DNA of 64,000 nucleotides from an uncultured virus (IMG/VR IMGVR_UViG_3300020234_000071) (Duplodnaviria; Heunggongvirae; Uroviricota; Caudoviricetes): the IMG/VR virus record IMGVR_UViG_3300020234_000071, one strand, 5' to 3'. Shown here in pieces: positions 38,014 to 49,064 of this stretch. The stretch's first letter is position 1; every line of letters starts with the position of its first letter. The notes under the pieces are model-generated. The model saw nothing but the letters and a program-made list of their open reading frames with translations. It was not told the origin of the DNA and made no database searches. Both the position numbers and the translations under genes were made by a program.

Positions 38014-38787
38014 ATGACTAATTCATGTGTAATAAATCAATATTTCTCTGGTCAAGGCTCTGTACTGTTAGCAACTAAAGACCCTGTTACGGGAGAACCA
38101 GAGGGTTTTCGTCCTGTCGGTAACGTGTCTGCCTTGACTATCGGTGTAGAGACAACTGTTTTCCAACACAAAGAATCGTGTACGGGAGTGCGGGGCATTG
38201 ATAAGGAAATCGTGCAAGAAGTTATTGTGACTATCGCAATGACTATGGAATCCATCGATGATGAAAACCTTGCCCTTGCTTTGTACGGTACAACTGCTGA
38301 AGTTACTGGTGCTACCGTTTCTGATGAACTGCTTACGGCTCATCATGATCTGTGGTCGAAGCTTGACAATATCAAAGTGACTAATGTTATTGTCGGTGAT
38401 GATGCCACACCAACTATCACTTACGTTCTTGATACGGACTATGAACTGAATCCAGAAACAGGTTCGATCAGAGTTCTGAGCACTGGTGCAATTACCGATC
38501 TTCAAGTTGTCTTTGTCGATTATGATTTCGCAACCTACGATCAAATCGAAGCAATCACTTCTTCTGTTGCCCCTGAGCGTTGGATTCGCTTCGAAGGTCT
38601 GAATACTGCTGATGGTGACAACCCTGTAGTAATCGATATTTACAAGGGTTCAATTCAACCACTGGCAGAACTGGCATTGATCAATGAGGAACTTGCCGAA
38701 ATGGTTGTTGAAGCATCTGCCCTGACTGACCCAACTCGTGTAACGGGTAGTCAGTATTTCACAGTAAGGCAGATTGCCACTAACTAA
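38014..38787 (+). CDS. Major tail tube protein
   Basis: YFSGQG.V, GNV..L, ENLALAL.G, F.GLNTA. Confidence 0.85.
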   Translation: MTNSCVINQYFSGQGSVLLATKDPVTGEPEGFRPVGNVSALTIGVETTVFQHKESCTGVRGIDKEIVQEVIVTIAMTMESIDDENLALALYGTTAEVTGATVSDELLTAHHDLWSKLDNIKVTNVIVGDDATPTITYVLDTDYELNPETGSIRVLSTGAITDLQVVFVDYDFATYDQIEAITSSVAPERWIRFEGLNTADGDNPVVIDIYKGSIQPLAELALINEELAEMVVEASALTDPTRVTGSQYFTVRQIATN

Positions 38788-38848
38788 GTTTGACCTTAGT
38801 ATCAAATATGGAGAATGATGATTGGGCGTTTTGTGATAGAGTATAGGA

Positions 38849-39163
38849 ATGACCCTACACGCTATACCAGAACGTCCAATTTGCAAAACTTGTGAGACCA
38901 ATCCTGTAACCCGTAAGGGTTCAAGTGAAAAAGGATTTCCGCTTTGGGCTAACGAGTGTGCAGGATGCCGAAAGAATAGAACGGCACATAGACTTAAGAA
39001 GGATGTATGTGAGCTTTGTGGGTTTACTGCGTTGAATAAATGTCAGATGGATTTAGACCATATTGACGGGGATTCAACTAACGATGACCCAAAGAATTTG
39101 CAAACTCTATGTTCCAATTGCCACAGGTTAAAGACCTTCTGTAATCGGGATTGGCAATCCTAA
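38849..39163 (+). CDS. HNH endonuclease inserted in the tail module
   Basis: CELCG, DLDHIDG...N....NLQTLC.NCH. Confidence 0.88.
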   Translation: MTLHAIPERPICKTCETNPVTRKGSSEKGFPLWANECAGCRKNRTAHRLKKDVCELCGFTALNKCQMDLDHIDGDSTNDDPKNLQTLCSNCHRLKTFCNRDWQS

Positions 39164-39191
39164 TGTTTTAAATCACAACGAGACTGAGACC

Positions 39192-39572
39192 ATGTTAAAA
39201 GATATTGTTATTCAGACTGAAAAGATCAGTCTGTCAGGGGGGCAATCGTTTGAAGTACAGGGTTTAACCCTGACAAATTTAGGAAATTTAATCGCAGAAT
39301 ACAAAGAACCATTAGAAGCATTGATGGACGCAAAGTTAGACCTAAGCAATGTTGCGGAACAATACCCTGAATTTATGGCTAAGGTTGTTGCTCTTTCTGC
39401 GAAGGAACCCGATCAATGGGAAAAAATTGCATCAATGCCTTTCCCTACTCAACTTCTTGCTTTTGAAAAATGTTGGGATTTGACTATACCGGATTATGAT
39501 GCGCTAAAAAAGTTGATAGAAAGGATACAAGGACTCATCCCGAAATTACAGGGAAGCAAGGTCTTAGAGTAA
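39192..39572 (+). CDS. Tail assembly chaperone (G)
   Basis: Between the tail tube and tape measure genes; contains slippery A-AAA-AAG. Confidence 0.75.
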   Translation: MLKDIVIQTEKISLSGGQSFEVQGLTLTNLGNLIAEYKEPLEALMDAKLDLSNVAEQYPEFMAKVVALSAKEPDQWEKIASMPFPTQLLAFEKCWDLTIPDYDALKKLIERIQGLIPKLQGSKVLE

Positions 39573-39829
39573 AGACCAAGAAACAGAAAGACGCTGAAGA
39601 TGCTGTAAAAGTTTTTGATTGGAAAATATATTATGCAGAAGTGGGTGAGTATCTTCTAGCTCACGGACATCCAAATGCATTAAGTTATACCTTACGTCAA
39701 GCAATTACCCTTTTCTTTTTTGCTAACAAAAGAATTAGGGGGGAGAGTCTAGCCCAAATGAATCTAATGCGCGTTGCTTATCATGCAGATGATAAGAACT
39801 ATAAAAAATCCGTGAAATTATTAGGGTAA
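39506..39829 (+). other. Programmed -1 frameshift site (39506-39512) and T-frame extension giving a GT fusion
   Basis: The -1 frame is open from 39512 through the 39641-39829 ORF. Confidence 0.75.
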
Positions 39830-39833
39830 AGTA

Positions 39834-42800
39834 ATGGCTTCCAGACTTCAAATTATTATTGATGCCCAGAATTTAGCCACTAAAGAACTGAAAAAAGTTC
39901 AAAAGGATTTAGCTAAACTTAATAAAGAGGTACAAAAATTCCAAGGTGGTAAGCCCGGCTCTGGGGGAACTGCTCTTGCCGCAGGTTTTAATAAAGCTTC
40001 AAAAGCAGGAAGTGCGCTCACTGGTGTTCTTATAACTCTGGGTGGTATCACTCTATTTCTTGGGGCAATTAAACAGATAGCCCAATTCGAACAGGCTATG
40101 CAGAATGTTCGTGCTGTTATTTCTGGTATCACAGAAGATGAATTCCAAGCATTAAATGCTGAGGCCCGAAGGTTGGGTGCAACCACTGTATTTAGTGCGA
40201 CTGAAGCAGCGGGGGGTTTAGAGTTCTTAGCCCGTGCGGGTTTTGATGCCAATGAATCAATAGCTGCCCTTGAAGGCACATTGAATCTTGCGGCTGCGGG
40301 TGGTCTTGGTTTAGCTGAAGCTGCTGACATTGCTTCAAATGTACTCTCTGGTTTTGCTTTAGACACTTCTGAAGCAGGAAGAGTTGCGGATGTTTTAGCG
40401 GCTGCTGCTGCAAACTCTAATACCAGTGTTCTACAATTGGGTCAAGCCCTACAATTTGTTGCCCCTGTTGCTGCTGCCTTTGGGGTGACGCTTGAAGATA
40501 CTTCTGCGGCTCTTGGTATTTTGGGTAATGCGGGTTTGCAAGCATCTACTGCGGGTACTGGATTGCGGAGAGTTCTTGCAGTGTTGGGAACTCGTGCTGA
40601 TAAAACTACTGCATTGCTTACCAAGTTGGGATTGACATTTGATGATGTTAATCCACAAACCAATTCCCTTGCTGAGATTATTGAAACCCTTTCAGCCACT
40701 ACTTTAACTGCGGGGGATGCTCTACAAGTATTTGGTCAAAGGGGTGCTCCTGCAATTCTGGCTATTGTATCTCAGAATAAAGACCTGCAAGAATTGAATG
40801 TTATTTTAGCATCTGCCCAAGAAGCTTTTGATGGGGCGGGTGAAGCAGCTAGACAAGCAGGGATACGATCTAATTCTTTGATTGGGGAATTGAAAGGTCT
40901 GACATCTGCATTTACAGAATTACTTTTACAATCGGGTGACAGTGGGGTTCTTGGTGCATTTCGGAGACTCACTGTAATTATAACGGGAGTGATTCGAACC
41001 TTTGCAGGACTGCAAGACCCCCTTGATAAAGATGCAGTTCTATTCAGAACAATAGCGGATGCTGTTGAATCCCTACGATTTATTTTGATTGCATTGGTAG
41101 CAGTCAAGGTACTTGGTTTTCTTGGTGGTCTCGTTGCCAGTCTTGCGGGTGTACGAACTGCATTTATAACTGCACGGGCAGGGGTGGTTGGACTCAGGGG
41201 GGCATTGATTGGGCTTAGAGCAGTTGCCCTTTTAGCCCTTGGCCCGTTAGGTTGGATTATTGGAATTGGCTTAGCCCTTGCTGCTTTTGTTGCTACTGAT
41301 GCAAAAGATACTGTTGATATTTTAAAGGAGATTGAACAAGCAATACGGGATGTCGATGAAACTGTAGAAGGATTTAGGGCGGCTGATATTCAAGTACGGA
41401 CTATCCAAGCTGAACAGAGATTAGAAGCCCTCAGAGAAGTGGCTCAAGCTGCGGGTGATGCAATTGGTGAAGCTGCCAGTGTTCAACAGGGGGCAGCATT
41501 TGATGAATTGGATATTCCTGCCCCCCGTTCTGATATTGATGTAGGAGCACAGCAAGCGATTTTAGCTGAAGCGAATGCTGAGATTGCTATTGAGGAAGCC
41601 AAGCTTAAAAGACTTGAAGAATTAAGACTTGCTGCTCTGGGTAGGGAAGCCAAAGAAGCTGAAAAAAATAAAGATGATCTTGCCAAGTTGTTAGCCAAAC
41701 AAACAGCAGCGGAACTTGATGCTATTAATGCCAAGAAAAATCTTGATGAAGCTGCGGCGTTGGCTTCATTGGAACTTGCCAAGAGCACAGCAGATGAAAT
41801 TCAAAAATTAGAAAAGGCTATATTAGATAAGTCACTTGCTGAAAGAAAAATCTCAGTTAAGGTATATTATGAAGGACTATTAGCTTTAGCCCTGACAAAT
41901 CTTGATGCTGAAATTGCTATTGCTCAGCAAAAACGTGATGCCCAAGTTGAAATTAATACTCAAGCTGCTGAGGAATTAGCGCGGTCTGCAACTATTGCAG
42001 GATTAGAAGCCAACTCAGAAAACGAATTAAGAGCTATTGAAGCTGCTTTTGCAGCACAAGCATTAACACAAGAGTTGAATCAGGAAAAGGAATTACTTTC
42101 TTCTACCAATCATTTAATAGAATTGGGATTGCGGAGAGAACAACTTATTGCCCAAAATGCTGCGGCTTCTACCAAAGCAATAATAGCAGCGGGTACAAAG
42201 GCAGAAGCAGCACAGAAAAAAATTGATGATAAAGCACTGAAAGATCAGAAAGACTTATTTGCTAAACGGAAAGAAGCAATAGACTTTGCACGGGAACAAG
42301 AAATTGCGGGTGCAGAAAGGAGAGTAGAAACAGGTGAAGATTCTCAATTTGAATTGGGGGCTAATATTTTTGCTGCCAATCAACAAGCTATTGAAGACCT
42401 AACTTTATTGAATGAGGCTCAAATTAAATTTAATGAAACTGCCAAAGATGAAGGGGTAGCTTTAAGCATTCGTAATATTAAGGTAGAAATTGATGAACTT
42501 GGACAGGTAGGTAATGTTGTTTTTGAGAAATTAAAAACTAGTGCAGTCGAGGGTTTAACGGCTGCTTTTGGTTCTATTATCGATGGAACTAAATCTGCTA
42601 AGGACGCTTTTGCTGATTTTGCCAGAAGTTTTCTTGCCCAGATTGCCCAGATGATTATTCAGACTTTGATACTTAAGGCTATCAATGCTGCTTTTGGCAC
42701 CCCCACTCTAGCTAGTGGTGGGCCCGGTGGTGGTGCGGGTGGTGGTCTGTTTCAAGTCAAAAATGGAATGCTTGGTTTTGCGGGTGGTGGTAGAGTTCAC

Positions 42801-43178
42801 GGAGGGGGAAGTTCAAAATCAGATTCTATCCCTGCAAGATTAAGTGATGGGGAATATGTCCATAATGCTGCGGCTGTACAAAAATACGGTTTGAATTTTA
42901 TGGAAGCAATTAATAGATTGAAGTTGGATGTCAATACAAAAGGACTTCCAAATTTTGCAATTACCAGACCCCGCAGAATGAACTTTGCGGAAGGTGGTAT
43001 TGTTAGTTCGGGTTCCCAAACTGTTGAATCTTCTGCCCAAGTATCTTCACTACGAATAATTAATGTTGATGGTGGTATGGAAGCTGCAAAAGAATTTGCG
43101 GTTAGTTCTGAAAATGAAGAAGTGATTATGAATATCATGCGAAGAAATAATACACAAGTTAGACAATATTTGAGGTAG
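39834..43178 (+). CDS. Tape measure protein (TP901 family)
   Basis: 1114 aa, Ala-rich; FSATEAA...LARAGF, AGTGLR, SDSIPARLSDGEYV. Confidence 0.93.
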   Translation: MASRLQIIIDAQNLATKELKKVQKDLAKLNKEVQKFQGGKPGSGGTALAAGFNKASKAGSALTGVLITLGGITLFLGAIKQIAQFEQAMQNVRAVISGITEDEFQALNAEARRLGATTVFSATEAAGGLEFLARAGFDANESIAALEGTLNLAAAGGLGLAEAADIASNVLSGFALDTSEAGRVADVLAAAAANSNTSVLQLGQALQFVAPVAAAFGVTLEDTSAALGILGNAGLQASTAGTGLRRVLAVLGTRADKTTALLTKLGLTFDDVNPQTNSLAEIIETLSATTLTAGDALQVFGQRGAPAILAIVSQNKDLQELNVILASAQEAFDGAGEAARQAGIRSNSLIGELKGLTSAFTELLLQSGDSGVLGAFRRLTVIITGVIRTFAGLQDPLDKDAVLFRTIADAVESLRFILIALVAVKVLGFLGGLVASLAGVRTAFITARAGVVGLRGALIGLRAVALLALGPLGWIIGIGLALAAFVATDAKDTVDILKEIEQAIRDVDETVEGFRAADIQVRTIQAEQRLEALREVAQAAGDAIGEAASVQQGAAFDELDIPAPRSDIDVGAQQAILAEANAEIAIEEAKLKRLEELRLAALGREAKEAEKNKDDLAKLLAKQTAAELDAINAKKNLDEAAALASLELAKSTADEIQKLEKAILDKSLAERKISVKVYYEGLLALALTNLDAEIAIAQQKRDAQVEINTQAAEELARSATIAGLEANSENELRAIEAAFAAQALTQELNQEKELLSSTNHLIELGLRREQLIAQNAAASTKAIIAAGTKAEAAQKKIDDKALKDQKDLFAKRKEAIDFAREQEIAGAERRVETGEDSQFELGANIFAANQQAIEDLTLLNEAQIKFNETAKDEGVALSIRNIKVEIDELGQVGNVVFEKLKTSAVEGLTAAFGSIIDGTKSAKDAFADFARSFLAQIAQMIIQTLILKAINAAFGTPTLASGGPGGGAGGGLFQVKNGMLGFAGGGRVHGGGSSKSDSIPARLSDGEYVHNAAAVQKYGLNFMEAINRLKLDVNTKGLPNFAITRPRRMNFAEGGIVSSGSQTVESSAQVSSLRIINVDGGMEAAKEFAVSSENEEVIMNIMRRNNTQVRQYLR

Positions 43179-43185
43179 TACCGAA

Positions 43186-44844
43186 ATGCCAAACGTACAA
43201 AACATATTAGCCAACGATCACAAGGACTTGATGAACAGGGTTCGCCAGTTCATAACAGGCTATGGAACTTTTCCTACGCCGGGATTTGCGGGGGTAGGTG
43301 ATGGAACCATAAGTGATGTGGCTTCTCCCCCACCTTCATTATCTGAGACTTGGACAATTCTATGTACGCTAGGGGGTGGCACAGGTGTTGGTATATTTTC
43401 GGTTACTGGTTCTGTATCTGGTGCTCAAGCTGATGCGACTGTAGGTGAGTTCTACGATGGTGCGGGTGGACTGTTTGAATTTCTGATAAAGGATGGGCCT
43501 ATTGATTTTGTGATAGCTGATGTGTTCACTGTGGTTATTACCGTAGGGGATATGATCGGGCAAGAGTGGTTTCAAGATAGGTGGATTCCTGCCCCAAATG
43601 ATATTCTTACAGGAACCAATTTCGACATCCCAACAAACATATTTAATGGTCTTTCAACTTCAACTACTACCGCAGTAAGGGCAGGACAGACTACCGCAAT
43701 AGCTCAAGCTCAATTTGATGATGCTGTTGAATTTGATCAGTACACGATAAGCCCTCAAGGTGGTGGATTTGTCTTAGCCAATACTCCGCAGGATTGGACA
43801 TTTGAATGGTCTGATGATCTGTCAGGGCCGTGGACTATTGAAGATACTCAGGTAGGTGTTGTTGCGTGGGTAAGTGGCGTACCACAGAGCTTTGCCTTGA
43901 CTTCCCCCGGTAGGCATTTCAATTGGCGTTTGGTTATTACAGATAACAATGGTGGAGTTGATGTTGATCTAGGATTTTTGGAAGCACGGGTAACAGGGGA
44001 TTTAGATAGTTTCTTAGCTGAAGGTCAACTTCTTGTTACTGGTCAAGGACTTGCTGCGGCTGATGTTATTCCTGTGGGCATGGCAATTACGGAAGACCCA
44101 TTTGTTCCATATTTTAATTGGAGATTGCAGGGAGCAATAGCATTTGATGATAGTGCTGACTTTCAGAATCAACCGGGGGGAAGCCCTCAGAGTGGTGGTG
44201 CTTTTTATGTACTAGATGATGGTCTTGTCACATACTGGATTATTGCTACAGGCAGATATTTTATTGTAGTGACCAAGATAGGCTCGATCTATACATCAAT
44301 GATGATGGGTTTTCATTTGCCTTATGGTGTTCCTTCTGAGTATGGATTCCCGCTGGTAATTGCGGGTAGTGGGCGTAATTTAACTGGCAACCCGTTTCAT
44401 TTCACTCTGGTAGATAACCGTTTGAGGATGTTTGCAAATCCGGGTGCTAATGCTATGTTGATTCGTGACCCCGGTGGGGCATGGCTCTTTTTTACAAACT
44501 TTTTAAATTCTGGAACAAACGATTTTCAAGCTACTTTTAGGGTGATTGCACCTTATGCGGGTAATAACACCAATCAGACTAATCTTATGATGGATAAAGT
44601 TGTTGAGGCTATTGATGGTTCGTATCCATTGACCCCGCTTGTCATCTCTGAGTTTGAAAAGGAAGTGGGGGAAGTGGGGAAGAATGGGAATGCGTATGGC
44701 GAACTGGATGGTGTGTTTCATATATCTGGTTCAAATCAAACATCAGAAAATACGCTAACGATTGGGGGTGATGACTATATTGTTTTCCAAGACGTTTATC
44801 GATTAGCGTTCCACAATTTTATGGCAATTAGGTTAGACACATGA
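43186..44844 (+). CDS. Tail structural protein with an inserted discoidin-like domain
   Basis: Follows the tape measure gene; PQDWTFEWSDD..WT..RL.IT motif; GELDGVF.ISG C-terminus. Confidence 0.65.
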   Translation: MPNVQNILANDHKDLMNRVRQFITGYGTFPTPGFAGVGDGTISDVASPPPSLSETWTILCTLGGGTGVGIFSVTGSVSGAQADATVGEFYDGAGGLFEFLIKDGPIDFVIADVFTVVITVGDMIGQEWFQDRWIPAPNDILTGTNFDIPTNIFNGLSTSTTTAVRAGQTTAIAQAQFDDAVEFDQYTISPQGGGFVLANTPQDWTFEWSDDLSGPWTIEDTQVGVVAWVSGVPQSFALTSPGRHFNWRLVITDNNGGVDVDLGFLEARVTGDLDSFLAEGQLLVTGQGLAAADVIPVGMAITEDPFVPYFNWRLQGAIAFDDSADFQNQPGGSPQSGGAFYVLDDGLVTYWIIATGRYFIVVTKIGSIYTSMMMGFHLPYGVPSEYGFPLVIAGSGRNLTGNPFHFTLVDNRLRMFANPGANAMLIRDPGGAWLFFTNFLNSGTNDFQATFRVIAPYAGNNTNQTNLMMDKVVEAIDGSYPLTPLVISEFEKEVGEVGKNGNAYGELDGVFHISGSNQTSENTLTIGGDDYIVFQDVYRLAFHNFMAIRLDT

Positions 44845-45824
44845 GTTACGAAACAGGTACGGCACTTAACGTTGATGATCTGCTTGGAAAGCTGAGTGTA
44901 TTTGCTCAGGCAAATGGTTGGACAGAAAATAAGATTGTTGCAGGTAGTGGCAATGGGTCAAGCTCAGAATTGTATTTATCTAAGGGTATTACTTTTGTTA
45001 TTTTCGATGCCCAATTAACTACGGGCAATAATCTTTATCATGGTGTTAGCCAACCATTAGATCATCCCCACATTGATATTTATGTGGCAACTGGTTTTGA
45101 TGGTGGACAATCCGCAGCAGGTCAACCCGGAACTTCGGATTTCAAAGAAGTAAATTGGCTGCTACCAAATTTTACTGCCTACCATTTTTTCACTGACCCG
45201 ACTAAAGAATATTTGCATATTGTGGTGGAAGTTATTGCTAATGAGTTCAGGCATATTCATGTTGGATTACTGGAAAAGATCGGTGCATACGATGGTGGGC
45301 AATATAATCAAAGTACCCGCCCTGATCAGAGTATTAATAATATAGATGAACCTGTAGACTTTCAGCACAGTTATCCTTGGACTAAGATAGGTAACAGTAC
45401 AGGTAGCCATCAACTTATTCGCGTCAATATTGACGGAGTTGATTGGAAGTCAAGTCGATTCCAAGATACTACTCAAGCATGGACTCCTCCTTTGAGAATG
45501 TTAGCACAGGGCGAAGTGTTAGATAACCACTTTGATATGAAATTGTTTGATCAGGGGGATACCCAACCGAATCAGTTTAATTCAACAGTTGTCTTGTTCC
45601 CTATGCCTTGTTTTGTTTCTAGGAGTGCTACACAACGCTCACCCATAGGTAAGCCTTTTGATCTTAGAATGGCAAATATACAAAATATTACCCCGAGTTC
45701 ATCTATTTTCTTTGGCGGGGATGAATGGCTAATCTTTCCGTTCGTTCAAAAGAAAGAACCTGCACAATTGGATGAATTGCCAAATTCAGGTTGGTTAGCG
45801 TTTGCCTATCTTAAGGTTCCATAA
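44841..45824 (+). CDS. Tail structural protein
   Basis: MSYETGTA..DLL..L..FA..NGW; synteny. Confidence 0.65.
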   Translation: MSYETGTALNVDDLLGKLSVFAQANGWTENKIVAGSGNGSSSELYLSKGITFVIFDAQLTTGNNLYHGVSQPLDHPHIDIYVATGFDGGQSAAGQPGTSDFKEVNWLLPNFTAYHFFTDPTKEYLHIVVEVIANEFRHIHVGLLEKIGAYDGGQYNQSTRPDQSINNIDEPVDFQHSYPWTKIGNSTGSHQLIRVNIDGVDWKSSRFQDTTQAWTPPLRMLAQGEVLDNHFDMKLFDQGDTQPNQFNSTVVLFPMPCFVSRSATQRSPIGKPFDLRMANIQNITPSSSIFFGGDEWLIFPFVQKKEPAQLDELPNSGWLAFAYLKVP

Positions 45825-47518
45825 TGGTTGATGTTGTACTCGACTCACCGATCTTCGAAAATCCATTTGCAGGTAATCAGGCAACGCTGCTCAGTGGACA
45901 GGATGCTTTTCCTACCCCGATCTTTCTTGCAGATGAAGATATTTTTGGTGATTTAATTGATAACAGACCAGTAGAGTTAGCTTTTGTACTTGTTGATGGG
46001 CAACTTTGCCCGATGTTTGTTGTAGATTTTTATGAGCGAGTTCATATAACTCCAAGTGTGATTGCGTTGGGTAATCTGGTGAGCGCACAGATTAGGACGT
46101 TTGAAGTATGGAACGCATTTTTTACCAGTAACAATAATATTAGTTTGGTTGCTACGGGAGATACGACAGGTGTTATTCTGACTGAACCTGCTATACCCCC
46201 GACTTTATATGCCGCGCTAGAATCCAGAGAGTATCAAATTAGTGTGGGTCTGACTGGCCCTCCTGCAATTGATATTCTTTATACGTGGGTTTTCGATACA
46301 GAGACACGGACGCTTGAACTGACTGGTAACAGGGTAATAATATTCGCATTCTCTCCTGATTGGTCTGATGATGTAATTGAAAGATATGAATGGGCTACCC
46401 AGATAATTGAAGCTGATGATGGGGGAGAAAGAAGAAATAGGCTGAGAACTAATCCGCGCAGAAGTTTAGAGTACAGAGTTTTAGTTACTTCCGATGATAA
46501 GCGGTGGCTTGAAACGTATCTTTGGGATTGGAAAGCAAGATTATTTTCTGTTCCGATCTGGACTGATTGCGTACTTACAACTTCTGATACGCCGATAGGG
46601 GATTTGGTAATCGATGTTGTGACTACAGATTTCACATCATTCAAGGTTGATGGTGTAGCAATATTTGTTATCGATCAGAGAGATGTTGAGGCTGTAGAGA
46701 TATTGAGCATTTCACCAACAGCATTGACACTTATAAGACCGACACTGAAAGCATGGCCTTCAGGTACTAGGATTTATCCTGCATTGACAGGCAGGTTGAC
46801 CGAAGACCAGCAGCTAGTGCAACCAACTGATGACATAGATTTTGCTAGTTTTAAATTTCAATTTGTGGACAACGAAGCTATCGATGCTGTTGATGCCCCT
46901 GTTCAATATACTGATACTGATGGAAGCCCCTCATTTGTTCTTGAACGTGTACCGAATAGGGCAACGGACTTATCTTTAACTTACCAGTCTAAATATGGGA
47001 TTGTAGACTTCGGAATAAATGTACCCTTTGTAGATGACCGTTCAGGATTTCCTGATGTAATACACAAGTTTGATTTTGCTGAAGAAGGTAGAGAAAATAT
47101 TTGGTTTTGGAAGGAATGGTTACATGCACGGGCGGGTAAATGGTCATCATTTTGGATTGCCTCACAGTCTTCAGATTTCTTTCCGTTGAAAGAAATTGCT
47201 AGTACAGATGTTAGCATCACTGTTACAGATTATGAGTACAGGAATTTTTATAACTTTGCTCAAGGCAAACGAGATATGGCAATATTTAGTAAGGATGGTC
47301 AGGTGTTTTACAGAAGAATCACATCAGCAGTTTCAACGACTCCCGGCGAAGAGATAATTGGGATGGATGCGCCGTTAGGTGTAGATATTTCGTTAAATCA
47401 GATTAAGATAATTTCATTTTTACATCCGACTAGGTTGGATGTTGACGGGATAGAATTTTCTTGGAGCCATACTGAAATGATGAGAATTTCATTTGCTACT
47501 AGGGTGTTAGGAAGATGA
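45824..47518 (+). CDS. Tail tip / distal tail structural protein
   Basis: ER.EW.T, E.R..LR..PRR motifs; synteny. Confidence 0.65.
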   Translation: MVDVVLDSPIFENPFAGNQATLLSGQDAFPTPIFLADEDIFGDLIDNRPVELAFVLVDGQLCPMFVVDFYERVHITPSVIALGNLVSAQIRTFEVWNAFFTSNNNISLVATGDTTGVILTEPAIPPTLYAALESREYQISVGLTGPPAIDILYTWVFDTETRTLELTGNRVIIFAFSPDWSDDVIERYEWATQIIEADDGGERRNRLRTNPRRSLEYRVLVTSDDKRWLETYLWDWKARLFSVPIWTDCVLTTSDTPIGDLVIDVVTTDFTSFKVDGVAIFVIDQRDVEAVEILSISPTALTLIRPTLKAWPSGTRIYPALTGRLTEDQQLVQPTDDIDFASFKFQFVDNEAIDAVDAPVQYTDTDGSPSFVLERVPNRATDLSLTYQSKYGIVDFGINVPFVDDRSGFPDVIHKFDFAEEGRENIWFWKEWLHARAGKWSSFWIASQSSDFFPLKEIASTDVSITVTDYEYRNFYNFAQGKRDMAIFSKDGQVFYRRITSAVSTTPGEEIIGMDAPLGVDISLNQIKIISFLHPTRLDVDGIEFSWSHTEMMRISFATRVLGR

Positions 47519-48324
47519 CTTTTGAAACATTTGAAGAAGGGTTTGGTTATCCAATTGAGTTATATCAATTTCAGTTGACTGTTAATCAGGCATTCTTTCT
47601 GACTTCGCATGACTCTGAGATAGTATTCAATTCACAAACGTATATCCCACATCAGATGCAAAGGGCGGCTGTGGAACAAAACACGGAAATTGAAAGACAA
47701 GAAATAAAGATAGATATTCAGAGGGACGCTGAAGTATTAGAAAGCTTTGTTGGATTTCCACCTACTCAGATTATGACTTTGACAATATTCAGGAGTCATC
47801 TGAATGACCCTGCTGATGAATTTGTAGTGGTCTGGAAAGGCAGGGTATTGACTGTTGAATGGTCTGGTTCCCAAGCGTCAATGTCGTGTGAGCCTGTCTT
47901 CACTAGTTTGAAAAGACCCGGCTTGCGTAGAAAGTATTCAGCGCAATGCCCTCATATCCATTACGGTCTTGAATGCAAAGTAGATAACTTAGCATTTCGG
48001 ACAATTGGAACCATATCGGCAATTGCAGGAAATATTGTTTCTGCTCCTGAATGGGCGGCAACAGGGGCAGAGTTTTATGATGGTGGGTATCTTCAGTTTG
48101 ATCTTATACATTTTAGAACAGTATTGAATGATGATGGGGCAGGTAATATAACTCTTGTGACTCCATTTCCAGTTGAATTAGAAGTTGGTAATGTGGTCGA
48201 TGCGTTCCCCGGATGCAGACATGATTTAGAAGACTGTAAAGACAGGTATGACAACGTGAATAATTATGGGGGATTTCCGTTTAGCCCCGATCATAATCCG
48301 TTTGGCGGCAAGACACTTTATTAG
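47515..48324 (+). CDS. Tail tip protein (DUF2163/BR0599-like, Cys-containing)
   Basis: C.H..Y...C, PGC.H..EDC..RY.N..NYGGFP. Confidence 0.85.
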   Translation: MTFETFEEGFGYPIELYQFQLTVNQAFFLTSHDSEIVFNSQTYIPHQMQRAAVEQNTEIERQEIKIDIQRDAEVLESFVGFPPTQIMTLTIFRSHLNDPADEFVVVWKGRVLTVEWSGSQASMSCEPVFTSLKRPGLRRKYSAQCPHIHYGLECKVDNLAFRTIGTISAIAGNIVSAPEWAATGAEFYDGGYLQFDLIHFRTVLNDDGAGNITLVTPFPVELEVGNVVDAFPGCRHDLEDCKDRYDNVNNYGGFPFSPDHNPFGGKTLY

Positions 48325-48333
48325 GAGATTAAA

Positions 48334-48589
48334 AATGAAAAAGAAGTCTGTATATTTTTTTCCAACGGTGATAGTTGGTTTTATTATAGCAATGATGCTT
48401 CTTGTGTTGGTACAAGGTTGTGCATTTTCTTCATCATTTGCCCCTGCTGAACCAACAGTAGCAGTAAAGATTTATAAACATATTGAATCCGGCAATCTCA
48501 TTTATTGTGAGACCGGGACTCTGACTGATGAGTTTCACACGTATCAAGGTGAAGGTGTCATTGCCGAAAGTAAAGCAGTTGCTTGCTAG
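48334..48589 (+). CDS. Predicted lipoprotein within the tail module
   Basis: MKMKKK + hydrophobic stretch + LVQG-C lipobox; AGGAG upstream. Confidence 0.6.
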
Positions 48590-48636
48590 TAAAAATAATT
48601 GTGAGTGATACTAAGATCAAAAATAGGTAAATAGAT

Positions 48637-49064
48637 ATGTGGGTACAAATAGCAATAATGGTTTTGTCGGCGGTTATCAGTTACATGCTTGCGCCAAAAC
48701 CACCCGTGCCAAAAGCAGCAGCATTGGGAGATTTCCAAGTGCCGACTGCTGAACAAGATAGGGCTATACCTGTGATATTTGGGAGAGTAAAAGTAACTGG
48801 CCCGAATGTGGTTTGGTATGGTGATTTGTTTACCATAGCGATTAAAGGTAAGGGCAAAAAGTAATGCAAGTTTATGCGAGTGTAAAATACTGTCGGGTGT
48901 TGGGGTATTGCTTGCATGGAGTAAAGCGTTGGTGTACCCGTTACGATATTGATTTTAAAAAATTAGTCAGAGGGGAAATGCCAGTAGAAGAACTGGAAGC
49001 CACTGGTGATGCTATGGGTAAGCATGTTGCAGCCCTAGCAAGGGAGGTCGCTAATGGGAGGTAA
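48637..49064 (+). other. Two small tail assembly CDSs (48637-48864, 48864-49064)
   Basis: PTAE..R.IPV.FG...GPNV.WYGD; C..G...W.....D motifs. Confidence 0.75.

Noticed and set aside
42664..42685. Additional copy of the 18-bp motif inside the tape measure gene
   Set aside because: TTTGATACTTAAGGCT needs an insertion and lacks the right arm; too degenerate to count
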